DNA of 64,000 nucleotides from Camelus ferus (Eukaryota), in contig NC_045697.1 of assembly GCF_009834535.1 (NCBI RefSeq), forward strand, positions 30,382,001-30,446,000, read 5' to 3'. The notes under the pieces were generated by a model that saw nothing but the letters and a program-made list of their open reading frames with translations, ran no database searches and had not been told where the DNA came from. This document shows, one piece after another, positions 49,373-63,200 of the stretch (the first letter of the stretch is position 1; each line of letters opens with the position of its first letter). A program made the position numbers and the translations under genes.

Positions 49373-50419
49373 GTGCAATTTTCTCTCCAACAGAACATGT
49401 GGCATTCTAGAGGTATATGAGGTAATAAAATCAATACTCCAATTAGAACACCTGAAATAATTGGCTCTAGTAACAAATGTTTCTTATAATTAAAAATATT
49501 GAATGTTTAAAAAACTCTTATAACATTTTAAGTTCCTAAAAGAAATGTGCCTAACACTTAAAAAACAACTTACTCTTCTATATAAATTGTTCACAAAAAT
49601 CTTGCTATTCTATATTACACTATGCATTTATAGTTTTATTAACATGTCCCTAGCGGGCATTAACTCTACACAATACAATCAAATAGAAATTATTCATAGA
49701 GAATCAACAAGACTTCAACAATAAAAATATTAAGATCAATGGATTTGTCACAGTTTCTCCACAAGTTTTTATCATAGAAAATAGAGTAAAGGCAAGTTGG
49801 CCCCAGTGTTAGGCTGCTACACAAAGTTCCAGAGAGAAGAGACACACAAAGGCGATGCTTCAATGTGGCAGGGTTGGGCTGGACCAGTGGACTCCTCTCA
49901 TGGTCTGGCATGCCCTGTTCCCTAGAAACAAAGCCAGGCCCTAAAGGCCGTGGCAAGCTCTTGAACTTAAATGCAGCCAGAGATGTTAAAGCCAAAACTA
50001 CAGGAAAGAATCAACAGATTACTGTATTTTCCTACAAAATCTTCACAACAGTTCTCACAGTGACATCATGGATTAAACCCTCTCTTCCAAACCATACTCA
50101 TCAGTTCTAAGGCTACGAATACAACAGACGTGAAAAGTGAATGGGCATTGGCTAACTGATGCCCGGAGCCATTCTAACATCTCTCTGTTCCCGAAGAACA
50201 TTGCTTCACTGAGCTTAAAGTTATATCCCTGCATTTTTGTACTGCTGGGAACCCGTGAAATAAATGTGAACAAACTGGTATTTTAATTTTCTCGCTACTT
50301 TAGTTAAACAACAAATTTGTTCCAAAGTGTTGATGGGGTTTTGAGAACCTTGGCTACAGGGGAAAACTGAACTAGTCATTCTGCTTACTAAACCCAAAGA
50401 TTTCCTCTTATTAGCCAAG

Positions 50420-50570
50420 TACCTTGGGCAGTGTCCTTAACAATAAAACGAGGCTAGTAACAGCCCAGAGAGTGGCTGTGAGGACTAAAATGAGAAGATG
50501 CATTAAAGTGCTTAGCAAAGTACCTGGCACTCAAGGACTCAGTGAATATAAGCTGCAGCCACTGTTACTG
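50420..50570. mobile_element. MIR fragment inside BEND4 3'UTR
   Basis: gtgaggactaaaatgagaagatgcattaaagtgcttagcaaagtacctggcac. Confidence 0.75.
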
Positions 50571-53500
50571 TCAGTGGTTTGGGATGGGCCTAAATAGATT
50601 TCCAGGGTGGACAAGGCTCAATGGGCTACTCGTACTGGGGCAATTATTCTGAGAATGAAAAGGCTTTTGAATAAGTCCTCTTAGCAGATGTATTTTCATT
50701 GTAATTTGGGGACCTGTGATTCAGTGAAAACCTAGCCCTTATGTTATCAGCTATATAGTTATGAGGAGAATTAATCTGGCTAGTTTCACCATGTAGACTT
50801 AGTAATTTAGTGCTTTCAATAGCTGAGCTGACTGAGCAAGCAGGTCATTCGATGAGTGAAGTCCAGTCCTCTCAATGTTTCTTGCAACTGAATGTACCAT
50901 GGAGGGTTAAAGTGGCTTCTAATGTATAAATTTATCTATTACAGTCGAATTTTACATATTAAGAAGCAAGCATTGGTGGGTTGCTTTTGCACTCCATGTT
51001 GTCTGATATCAATTCTTCACCTTCCTCTAAAAAACAACACAAATAGAAGAACCAATGCCACTGGCTGATTACGCAAATAACTTTTTGGATGGCCATCAAC
51101 TGGGTGACATTTTCCTACACTATTCTGAGTGAAATGGTTATTTTTATCTAGTACTTACACAACTGAAAGAAGCCATCACTATGTTTACAAAAATATGTCA
51201 TAACGATACATACTGCTGTTTAGACACATTCACACGAGAGTTCTGACTCAAGCATTCTATTTGACATGTTTTGCCAAGCAGTTTTGGCAAGTGTCACTGC
51301 ATTAAACATACTCCGGCAAGACTTGCACCGTATGTGCAAAATCATTTCTATTACATTCCTAAAAACTGGTATATAGGAGCTGTCAAAAATTACAAGGATC
51401 TGTACTATGAAATGCCACAGCACTGAATGAGAAATGTTGTATGTTTAAATCTTTTCTAAAAACGAAGTTATCCAAGAATGAGACTTTTTTAAATGATTGA
51501 AATCTAAGAAAAAACGAAGGACATAGTTAGTGGGTATTAGGTTTAGGTTTTAGAGCACATACTGAACGACAGTTGTAACTGAGGGCAACGTATGTTTGCT
51601 CTTCTGGAAGTAAGAGTGCATATCTCACCCAAGCTGATGCTCCGTCCATTCTCTGGTAGCAACAGAAGGGAGGGCAAGCCATTAACAGTGGCAGAAAATG
51701 TAGAAATCATGGGCCTGTAGATTCCCAAGTTTGTCTTCTTGTCTAGATTTTGGAAAAATGTCTGCTATTACAAGAATAATTTACTGGATTTAGAAAAACC
51801 ATTCTATTGATATCAGACACATGGAGGAATTGGATCAAATAACCTATTATAGTGATTTTTATCTCCTTACAATCCCAGTGAAGAAATCTTTTAGGTCCAT
51901 GTGTTCATGGCTGAAGAAGGGCTGAGAAAGCTCCAGAATATAAAATCACGCACTTGCTCTACAGCTGTGAAGCAGCCACATGTGTAACGTAGCCTTCAAT
52001 TTCCCCACCCAAGAAGGTGACGATTTCCTGCAAATGCTCTAATATCCGCTCCCTTCCTCGGGAAGCCTTATGAAACACAAATGTGACAGTGACCTGAGGA
52101 AACGAGGAACACCGAGAGAATGATGCCCAGGTTCAAGGACTGAGTGAAGTATTTTCAAGAAAGTTTTTCTCCATAACATTTAACACTGAGGTTAAACCAT
52201 GAGATTGTGAATGGTGGACCTTCAAAAGAGACCTTGAGAAATGTGACCTTAGCAACTGCTAGCAGAATATGATCCCCTCCCCAGGTACCTGGTCTACGTC
52301 CTCAAAAACAGATCACCCTTAATGGTTATCCTGAGCTCAGTGGAATGGCACTTGGGGTTTAGTTCACTGGGAAAGCAGGCATGCTCTCTGTGATGTGGTT
52401 TTCCTTTGGGAAAACTCAGGACAAATCAAGACTCAGTCATTGTGGGTAGGTATGGACCCTCGTGATAGCTGGGATCATGGGCCACACCCAGTCACTGGCA
52501 AAAATGCCAGATTTGGTGTGTGGTGGCAGGCCAGCCCTACGACCTCTTCTCTGGCCAACGAGGTGGAGCACAGCCCCATGCTGAGCTGTTTTAGTTCAGT
52601 CTTTTACAGCAATGCTAACTAACATGGCTCAAGAAAGATGCTAAAAGCTGCCATGAGTGTTGAAGTGTCTTGTGACGAGAGCAATCTGTCCAACTGTCAA
52701 AGATGCAGAAAATCAAACGAAGAAAATATGCAACATCTTCAGCTCTCCAAAGAGATCAGCTGAAAGGCTGACAGAGCAGTGACAGTGTTCAGTTGTCACA
52801 GTGGTGAGCTTCTAACCTTGCTACAGAGGTTGTAATGGTCTTAACCAAAAAAATAAGTGAACAATCTTTGCAAGCCCTGACTTAAAAATCAGATGACCAT
52901 GCAGACAACCACCATGAACTAGGTAATACGCCAGCCCTAAAGCTGAAACACAAATGGCAGTGTGGGACATAGACTAAGGAGAGGAGACAGCAAAACACTG
53001 AAGCAGGTGCCATGTCACAGCCCAAGTGGCCGTCAGTGTCTGGGTCAGGCGGTGGGCTCGGCTGAAGGACACAGCAACGACACCAATGGTGTAATGGAAC
53101 ATCTGACTGGGGGCAGGGGATCGTAGGTCCTAGACCCCGGAGAGGCATGAGAACTGGCCGTGCGATGCTGAGTCAGTCATTTTTCTGGGCCTTGCTCACG
53201 TGCATATGAGATGGCCAACGTTTCAGAATTTGTGAAGTACTGGCAAACAGCTGATAAATGATTCACCTGAAATGAAGGTGGGAGGAAGACCAGGTGCGCC
53301 TCTGGAGCAAAGGTTGTGTGCAACCACATGGCTTGAGAGGCCGGGCCTCCCCACCCCAGCGGCCTTTGCAGGCGATGCTGACAGGAGTGGGGCAAGCACC
53401 TGATCTTTGAGCACGCCAACCTGTCCCGCAGCGGAGACTGAGTGTGGACATGCTCTCACCGCCACCCCAGTGAAGACCAGCACACATGCGGCTCCACAAC

Positions 53501-55529
53501 GACACGGAGATGTGAAGATGTGTGGAATTCTCAAACTGGCAGGAAAACGGTAAGAATTGAAAGTTTGTTTTTTTAAGGCAGTGGTCAAATATGGCTGCTA
53601 CAGAAAAAAAAGACATTGTACTCAGCAGTAAGGCAACTAAAGCGCAATGCAAAGAAAGACAAAGTAAGATGGAAAGACAGATGAGACTATGGTGGTATTT
53701 TTCTTCTGGCCAAGATTTCCTGTCACCAAAGAATCTTGTGAGATATTGACTTTCTAGACCTCGAAAACTCCACAGGAAGAATCTTTTCTCCTTGGAGAGT
53801 CAAAGACATTTGTTGCACCGCTCCCATAAGCAACATCGCATTTGCCCTATCATCTCTTTTACTTGCAAATTTTAGCTAACTTACCCCAGGACTGAAATAG
53901 AATTTCCCCCACATCATTTAACAGACCATGACCATCTCCATAAACAAACTTTTCAACGGGTGAAACTAAATCATAACAAAAGCTAAAGAAGGACCTGTTC
54001 CTAGGGTCATGCATGGAGTTGGTGCTAATTATAGACCATAAAGGGTAATTTATTATTTCATTTTGTCAAAAAGTGGCAAAAAAAAACCCCTCTTTATGAA
54101 TGGACGCTCATAAACTTGAAATGAAGTTGCAACCCATTTTCAAAACCTTTAGTCCTGTTTGTAGATGATATCAGCAGCCTTCAATCAAGGCTGCCCCCCG
54201 AGCCCCCTCTGCTGTACAAAGCATGTGGCAATCTTGGTTAGGGCGACAAAGGAAGTCCCCCCTATCCGAACCTGACGTCCTTAGAAATAGATTCGAGCAA
54301 CTCTAGAGCAAATGTTGATAAGAAATGGTTCCAAAGACATCACTACTGACTTCACAGATGGAGGTCAACAAGTGAAACTGGGTGGGAGCGGTTCAGCACT
54401 AACTCAGCCAGAGCCAGCCACTCAGAGGACTGGCAGCGAGGAGGCACGCAACGGTTGGGATGAGACATTTCCATCGGTGACAACGAGAAACAAGATTTAT
54501 GCAAATTCTGAAGATCAACTCAGCACAAAAAGACCCTCCAATTTCAGAGAAATTACAGACAAGCCCATTGCATAGTTGTCAGAATGGCCTTGAAGCTGTG
54601 TGTATACAATTCCAGAACATCTGGTCAATTCGGTGAATACCATCAGTCACACTACTTGTTTGGTCCTCAGCGCACCAAACAACTGACTGAAATTCTCATT
54701 GTTCAAACCATCACTTTGGCATTGCGTCAACAAAGCCCGATTTAAGGCTGTGGGAACTGTGGATCTATGAACCTACAAAACCGAGCATTTGAAAACACTT
54801 TCGGATCTTTGGATGTTTCTTGACTGACACAGTGAAAACTATTTCTGTTTGTCAACTCCAGAGATCATAGAGTGCCTTTCTGATCAACACGGTAGTTTCT
54901 TTTGTAAAACTAACAGAAAAACAGCTGACTTCCAATTAATCACTGTCTAGAGGTGGCCTCTGTTCTCTGATTTTTTAATAGGCTCTGTCAGTGGAGACAC
55001 AGCACATGATGTCACCTAGCCCATGTCTTCACTGAGAAGTATAAATTCAAGTCTTTGGAAAATAAAGACAACTTATCTGAACTGAAATAAGTGAATGCTT
55101 GTTCCTTGTCCCTTAAGATAATGCCGTGTCTCTACCTTCTCCCGTGGGCAGGACGCTAACCCAATGCTCCGTGGAGACCAGCTCTGCTCAGGAGGTAGAG
55201 CTTACTTGAAGATTTCAAACAGGTGACCAGGAGCTCACCTAACTTTTTTCATCCTCACTGTCTAACTAATAATCATTTAAAACCAACTGTAGTTTTTTCT
55301 TTTTGTAATATAGTATTCTGAAAATCTCTGTGGGCTCCACAGACTTCCCAAACAACCCTAAAATGGATTTCTATTTGGGAACTACGGAAGTTAAGTCAAG
55401 AGAGTTAAGGTTTAGGATGTGTAAAGTCTGACAGAATGACATGCTTTGGATTCTAAAGTGATGGTACAGGACATTCACAATTGGAACTCTTGAGAGGACC
55501 GGCTGCTAGTGTGGACAGGTTTCTGTCCA

Positions 55530-55841
<312 letters not shown>

Positions 55842-58206
55842 TTAACAGAAGCTCTGTAAGAAAAGCTTTATGGGACATCCAATGCAATGCCATGATGATG
55901 CCACTCATTACACCCAACCTGCGCCATATACAGTTTCTACTCACGTGCAAACGTAAAACATCACGTGAGAGGGTGATCCTTCTAAGGCAAGTCTGCGATG
56001 AAAGGTAAACTTAATTTGCAAGACCTGATATGCACCATGCTTGGTCAAAGTTATAGAGTAGGTTTCAAAACCTTGTTGTTACATGCTTATTTTGTTAGAA
56101 TGTCAACAATCTCCAGAAGCACAGCAAATATCATTAGCATGGGACTCTTTAACCCACTATTCATTTGTAGATTAAGTGCAATAAAATAAAATCTCAACGA
56201 GTAAGAAACTGCCGGGGCTGTAGTTCAGAAGCGGTTTCCACATTCTTAAAATGTTACGATTACAGGCTATATATTTTTTTCTAATTGTAATATCTGCACA
56301 TGTAGTGACAAATATTTTTTTAAGTGCGATTTCCTCTAAATATTTAATTTGCCTGGAAGCCTGGAAGCATGCCATTAGCATGCCTGGAAGAGTAAAAATA
56401 TGAAAAGTAGCTAGGACTCCAGTGAAACAAACTTGGCCTCCCTTGGGCTGAGCTCAGATTAACCCTTCCTCTTTTCTCAGGGCACATACGTAATTCCAAC
56501 ATAGCTAATTTAATACGGACATCTCTGAACTCAAATGAGCATTTTGGAAAGAGTTCTAAGTCAAACTGTGTTTTTTTTTGCACAGTTGATTGGAAGTTCA
56601 AGGTGACTGCTATTTACAGGTCGTTTCTTCTCCAGCACCGCTCCCTCTACAAGACAATGCTTCTGGTTGTAGGACTGGATTTGTCTAAAATTTCTTTGTG
56701 AAATCCCAGCCCTATTTGCTCTTTGAAGCTGATGCTTTCAAGTACTTGGACCAGAAGAACCTCACGACCTGAACTGTGCCCATCTCCGCAGAGCCTGGCT
56801 TCGCAGAGAAGCAGGGCATCACCAGGTCTGTCCATGCCCCCTTTAACTTTATGCCTGAGTCCTGGCCCTGGTGGCCCTCCTTGCGGAAAGAACTGTATTT
56901 ATGCAGCTCCTCACCCTGAAAACTGTCAGAAACCAGGTGGCTTATCCTGGGATGCAGCCTAGGAAACACTGCAGGCTAATTCTCAAACCTTGGTCACGGT
57001 CATTATAATGCTGCGCAGAGAGAAAGAAGGTATTCTGGGACCACTAAGGCTCAAATATTTAGTCCTTTCCTGGTGATTTTTCTAGTGTTCACACCTATTC
57101 ACAACTGTCCTCAAATCATTTCCAGCCAGACTATCAGCTCCAGAAGTCAGGGACCCTGTTTTCTATTCCTCTCTGTCCTTCCTCAAGTCCCTAAGCCTCA
57201 AGCATTCAGTAAGTATTCAACAACTGTTTTAGTGGCTTCCCCATCTCTGTCCAGATCCCTCATTCTCACAGGATCACAAAGAAAGGAAAGACTCAAAGTA
57301 TCAACCAGAGGAAATCAAGGCTAACGGCTGAGGATGCTGCAGCCCTGCCACGTGGAGGGCGTGCTGCTCTGTGACACCCTCACCCCCAATGCTGTGACAG
57401 GACTTTCCCTAATATTGGGCCAGACTATTACCAGCCGAAACTAGTGCTCGTTCTGCTATACAGATGTGAAGCGCCCTCCTACCACCCTCATCCTTCTGGG
57501 GTTAAACCACCTTGGGGAGCAGGTCAGCCTAGAATTTGATTTAATTCCCTGAAGCACCCTGCCTTCCATCCCTCAAGTGCTCAAGTGTCTGGGGCTTCCT
57601 TGGCAATTCTGATCTTGCTCACCACAAGGACATCCACCTTGGGAGTCACCAAGCCTAACCCTTCAGGAAAGGACTCCCACCTAGGTCATAGGAAGGCCCC
57701 AGGACTTCAGCCTTGGGAATGGACATAAATGCTCTAACCAACTGTCCCAGCGCTATAACCAGTTCTTGCCTATGCCTCCCGCCATGGGCTGGCTGGGAGC
57801 CCCGTGGGGGCAGAGCTGGACGGTACACTCTCTGCTCAGGCAGCCTGGGCTCGGTCGGTATCACAGCGGGCCTGGCAGCGTTCCCAGGGCAGCGACACTG
57901 GCCCTTTGGGACGTACGTTAATCTCTCAGTTTCACTGCCTTGCTTGTTAAAATGTAAAATGTTTAACAAGGATTTCTAGAAGGGGGTACCCTGGCGAGGC
58001 CCCTTATCCTGATTCCCTTAGGAGCCTCAGGGCAACTTCCTGAGTACATGCTGAGTGTGCTCTCAGGAGAGCCCCCAAGCTCACCACTGCCTCTGGTTCC
58101 TTCATCTGCCCCAATAATAATGGGAATAAAGGAAATTACAGCCAATCTGCTAAGACAGACTCTGGAAATCTTCATCAGTCACTCAGAGTAAGTGGAATTT
58201 TCAGAC

Positions 58207-58225
58207 TGGCCAACAGGGGGTGCGC
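58207..58225 (+). promoter_or_regulatory. Candidate CTCF motif
   Basis: TGGCCAACAGGGGGTGCGC versus consensus TGGCCACCAGGGGGCGCTA. Confidence 0.35.
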
Positions 58226-58265
58226 CAGCACACCTGTGCCACGTTAATACTGGTGTGTTCATCCT

Positions 58266-58450
58266 AAGTGGTTTCCTCAAGTGTGGGCCACCTGCATCAA
58301 TCACCTGGGGTGGTCGTGACACACAGCAGCAACGCATGTCTCCCCCACCCTCACCCCATACCCGCTGAATCAGAAGTTCAGGGTGGGTCCGGGAATCTCC
58401 GCCTCTAACAAATACTACACGTGCGTCCTAGGCAGGCTACAGATCGCTGT
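58266..58450. mobile_element. MER5-like MITE remnant in BEND4 last intron
   Basis: agtggtttcctcaagtgtgg...tgcatcaatcacctgggg...ctgaatcagaag...gggaatct...ctaacaa. Confidence 0.6.
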
Positions 58451-59214
58451 GGGCATCCTGAGGGCTACAGGAGTGTCCTTTCTGATGACTAAGGCCTCAT
58501 CAGTGATAATGACTTTTACTGTGACTTCTTTGCCAGGAAACAGTTTGATCCCTGTCCAGAGCAAATCATTAAGTCTTCCCAACAAAAAAAATCACTACTG
58601 AACTATACAGGTTAACACCTGAGCTATGTGATATGGATTTTTCAGGTGTGAATGGCACTATAATGCTTCTACTTGTCTAAGTCTGTGTTCATCTTCACCC
58701 ACTGGTTAAGTGTCCAGATTCTCCCTCCCCGCCCTCTACCCGGCCCAGCCAGAGTGTGGATTAGCTACCAAGCAATCAGCTGTCAGTACTGATGAAATGA
58801 CACTATCTAAGAATTTTTTAATACAGAAACTTAAAAACCTAATAAAGTCTGGCTGGGCAAGAAATACTTTAGGCAGGCCTAAGGAAAATTAATCCTAAAT
58901 AAATTTAAGGAGTTGGGGCAAGCATTCCTGGGAAGGTAGCTAGACTGGGGGAGGGCATCATAGGCTACAAATGAAAATGGGGTAATTTTTTAAATTCCTC
59001 GTCTTCTTTTCCTCTGTGCTTTCCCCAGTGCTCCAGTTTTGCCAGAGGTGGCCTTCTCTGGCAGCAAATAAAACCTGAATTTAAAGCGTGAAACATGAGG
59101 TGCTATGCAGTGCTTATGAGCCACTGAGTGAGAACACCAAGGCCAAAGCAAACGAATTTCTAAAGAGCTTCTCGATACCAAGGAGATGGGCTACATGAAG
59201 CCTATAAGGTCTCA

Positions 59215-59586
<372 letters not shown>

Positions 59587-62299
59587 TCATTACTTACTTA
59601 GCCGGCCAGCCAGAAGCCCAGGCGATCTCCATTTCAAAGGCAAACACGCTTTTTAACCAAGTGGCTATGCTGACAATGAACCAGGTATTGAAGAGCACGA
59701 GTAATTGCTCACTCTCAGAACAGGCACTTTTCAAATTACATTTGCATTTTCTATAACAAGAGCCAATGAGGTATAATGAACACCTTTGAAACAGGAGCTA
59801 TTTATAACTTGCATTTTAACAGGTAGGTTAAAATGTGTCAAGATCCAATGACAGGGAACACTATTTAAATCTAACCTGTAACTTTCCCTTTCAATCTATT
59901 AAAATATGCAAAAATGACTTTGAAGAGTGTGATCAAACAGGTCTCTTCATACTTTGGCTGGCGGTTAAGTACTTCTAGAAATGATGCTGGTGGTCTATTT
60001 CCATAAGTCATTACTTTATTTAAATGCACCTAATACCTGATAGCCACTGCATTTCAGTGGGAACAACAATAAAAAGGGGGAATTTCAGAAACAGAAAAAA
60101 ATAATCACTAATAATAATGCAAAACAAGTTTCCTCAAATTATAGCTTCTGCAAATGCCACTATGTCAACTCAAAATTTTTCTTACTTTTCACCTTCATAA
60201 TTTATGTCTGCTATAAAATTCCCAGGCTAAATGGCTGCAGTGGGACTAATTACAGGAATTTCTGTAACATTTACAAGCCATGTTTAGTCAACTGCACCTA
60301 CACAACCATTACTTTAGTTCCAGTTGTCCATAAAATTCTATACTCCAGGACAAATTAATTAACCTGTGATCTCAGTTTTAATGTACTCCTTCCCCAGTAA
60401 TTAAGGTGTACAAAATAAAGAAGGGAAACTCATTCAGTTTTACAACTCTGTAAATTTACTATAGGTTGTAAATTTGGCACTGTTTGGGTCTGGTAGGTTT
60501 TTATTTAAAAAGTGCTCTATTCAGTTAAGCCTTGAGAAGGGCAAGCGGTATAGGAGCCGATAGGAAAGACAGAGGCAACAGGTACGGCTGTAAGACCGTC
60601 ACCGGATTACACCCATGGAAACTCATCCTCGCCGCATCCACACTCATTTGAAGCAGCAGGAGTGTGACTTAGTCTCCTTTTCAAGGCAAGAGGCTGAGGG
60701 ACATGGTCTGTGGTTTGAATTTAGAGTCAGCCTGGGTTTGAACTGAATCTTGGTTCTGGGTCTTCTTAGTTGAGTTTCTTGAGCAAGTTACTTCAACTTG
60801 TTGGATCAAAGCTTCCCCAACTATAATACGGGAAGAACTAAATTATCACAGGTTTAAAATATGAGTATTTGGGAGCATAAACCAAACCCTGGCTCTGTGT
60901 ACTGTGTGTACTATGATCAAAAGATGGGCAGGAGCCCAAAGGTTCCAAAGGGCCCCTCAGACCAGGTGTTTCAGGGGAGAGATGGAAGGATGACTGGAGT
61001 GTGTGGCAGTGCAGATGGAGAATCGAGGGTAAAGATGTAAAACCAAGGAGGTCAGGCAGCCAATCCAGTTAGACAGGGTGTGGGGACTGGGGAGTCAGGA
61101 TGACTCCCAGGAGAAAGAGGGGTGTCCTTCACAAAGATAAGGAACAGAGGGCTATGGCTGGAGGGAGGAGGAGGCAGAGAGCAAGGAAGAACAGCGCCCG
61201 ACACACGGGAGGTGCGGTGAACACTTGTCAGATGATGCAGTAAACACTCCCGAGCCGGCATGAAGCAGACACTCCGCACTGTGACTACAAGGAGTTCTTA
61301 CTTTTTTTTTTAACTGCTGTGACACTGGGACATTTGAAGAGCTCCTACCGAATACGAATTGGCAAAGCTAAAGGACTTTCAGGAGAGCAAGACAAGGGAC
61401 TTCTAAAAAGGGCCACTGAGGACGGAGGCCTTCCACCACCCTTAATGTGAAATCATCCTCTTGGTCATGGTCCCTGTAAGTACACTTGTCAGCTTTAGAA
61501 AAGAAGACTGGGTGGCTAGTTTTCAAACCTTATTTAATGCTGCACACTTTTTAAAAACAGCTTTCCCTCAGGGATTCTTGTGGCTGTTTGGCCAAGGAAG
61601 TTAAATCCTCTCCCCAGGTCTAACAGGTCAAAAGGCAGAGCTGGGAACCCTGTTCTCGAATTCAGAGTTCACCCCTAAAACCAGAGTTGAGTCTATTTCA
61701 AGATGGGAGGTACTTGAGATGAGGGAGCTGGCAATCCAGGGAGGGTGCCTTCTCCGATCTTTAAACAGTCCCTCCTATAGAAGGGCACAACAGCTCTTCC
61801 AAAATGTACAAATACCATTTGGAGGTCATTTTCTCAAAAAAAAAAAAAAAGAAAAAGTAAGAAAGAAGGTAATTTATTGCCCCAAACATCTCAGATGGCT
61901 CTGTGTCATGAATGAGGTTTATCACACAGTTTTAGCACAGCTAAAAGAACTCGAATGTGATAAATAATACTAAAGAGAGGATGCTCGTTTGCCTGAATGA
62001 AAAAAAAATAGTAGAGTAATAAAAATGATGATGGGTAAGGGAAGTTTAAAGAGTCCTGTCTGGAAGAAATGTCGGTATTGCTCCTATTTTATGTTTTTAT
62101 AGAATTCTGATTGCATAGTCCCTTCAATTAGCCACCAAAAGGTTACTAACTCTGACCTATTATCAAGTCATTTAGAAAAAAAATCAACGTGAACAGCACT
62201 TACTTAATGTCTTCATAGAGTCATAATCAGAAGGAAGATCCAAGTGTGCATTAACTTTTAAGTAACTTCTGAATTAGTCTCATGAACAAAGTGCTCTGA

Positions 62300-63200
62300 G
62301 AGCAATCATGGAGAACTTCTTGGAGGAAGTGGGCTTTTTAGATGTACTTTTTGTATAACAGAAATGTCAAGTTAAGAAATGGGGACCCTATCCTAGGGAG
62401 TGATCAAGGGATTTTTAAGTATGCGTCATTTGTTTTGGATCTGCGTTTCAGAAAAACAACTTTTCAATGTGCAGGACAGAGAAGAAAGAATGTACTGCAC
62501 CAGTCCAGGTGGGATGTGATGAGAGGGAACTAGAGTCGAGACTATTCAATGTGGCTGTGAAGTGAGTGGATGTCAGGAAGGAGGAAGAGGAAGAGTCCGT
62601 GACACCTGGGGAGTTTCCTCCCGGGCTGGTGTTGCATTTAGGGAAGAGGAACTAGGAGTAAGGATGGGTATTTTCAGAGGCGAAAGCGCTGAGTTCGAGG
62701 TGCATGGGCACTCCACTTCTGGTCAGGCAGCTGGACACGAACTTATCTAGAGGTGAGCCTTGGGGACTGGGGTCTAGATCTCGATCTGGGACTTGTTAAC
62801 CCACACACAGGTGACGTTCAGAGAACACACCTGACTGGAGAAGGCAGCAGAGAGAAGATGGATGGTGCAACTCCAGAGAACAGTGGATGGAACACTTCTT
62901 AAAGCACAGTAAGAAAAGCACGAGGAACCAGAAGAGAGTCCTGACACTAAGGCCCAGAGAAAGAGCACTTGGAGGAGGGGCAAGGCACTGGGCATGCCGA
63001 GGGCTGGAAGACAAGCCTCTGGACTGGATAGCTGGGAAGCGGCTGGGGCTGGGGCGGCTTGCAGAGCATTCTGCTAATTAGTGGAGGTGGAGCCAGGGCC
63101 GAATTACAGGAGGTGGAAGAGTAAATGAACACTGAGAGAGTGGAGAAATGAATATGGACCAGTCTTTCAAGTGTTTAATCACCGAAAAGAAGGAGGTCAC
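62300..63200 (-). mobile_element. L2 fragments (also ~60980-61260) in BEND4 intron
   Basis: Purine-rich L2-antisense motifs such as ggaggaagaggaagagtccgtgacacctgggg and gctgagttcgaggtgcatgggca. Confidence 0.6.

Larger units (their letters stand above)
49350..55529 (-). other. BEND4: BEND4 long 3'UTR (~6.2 kb; end approximate)
   Basis: Largely repeat-poor sequence from the stop to a strong minus-strand poly(A) signal; BEND4 is recalled to have a multi-kb 3'UTR. Confidence 0.7.

Noticed and set aside
52882..53652. Several 80-130 aa minus-strand ORFs
   Set aside because: They lie within the BEND4 3'UTR, are open in multiple overlapping frames and show no protein signature.
56647..56969. Possible cryptic BEND4 exon or ORF cluster in the last intron
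   Set aside because: No strong acceptor/donor pair identified, and the flanking exons already join in frame.
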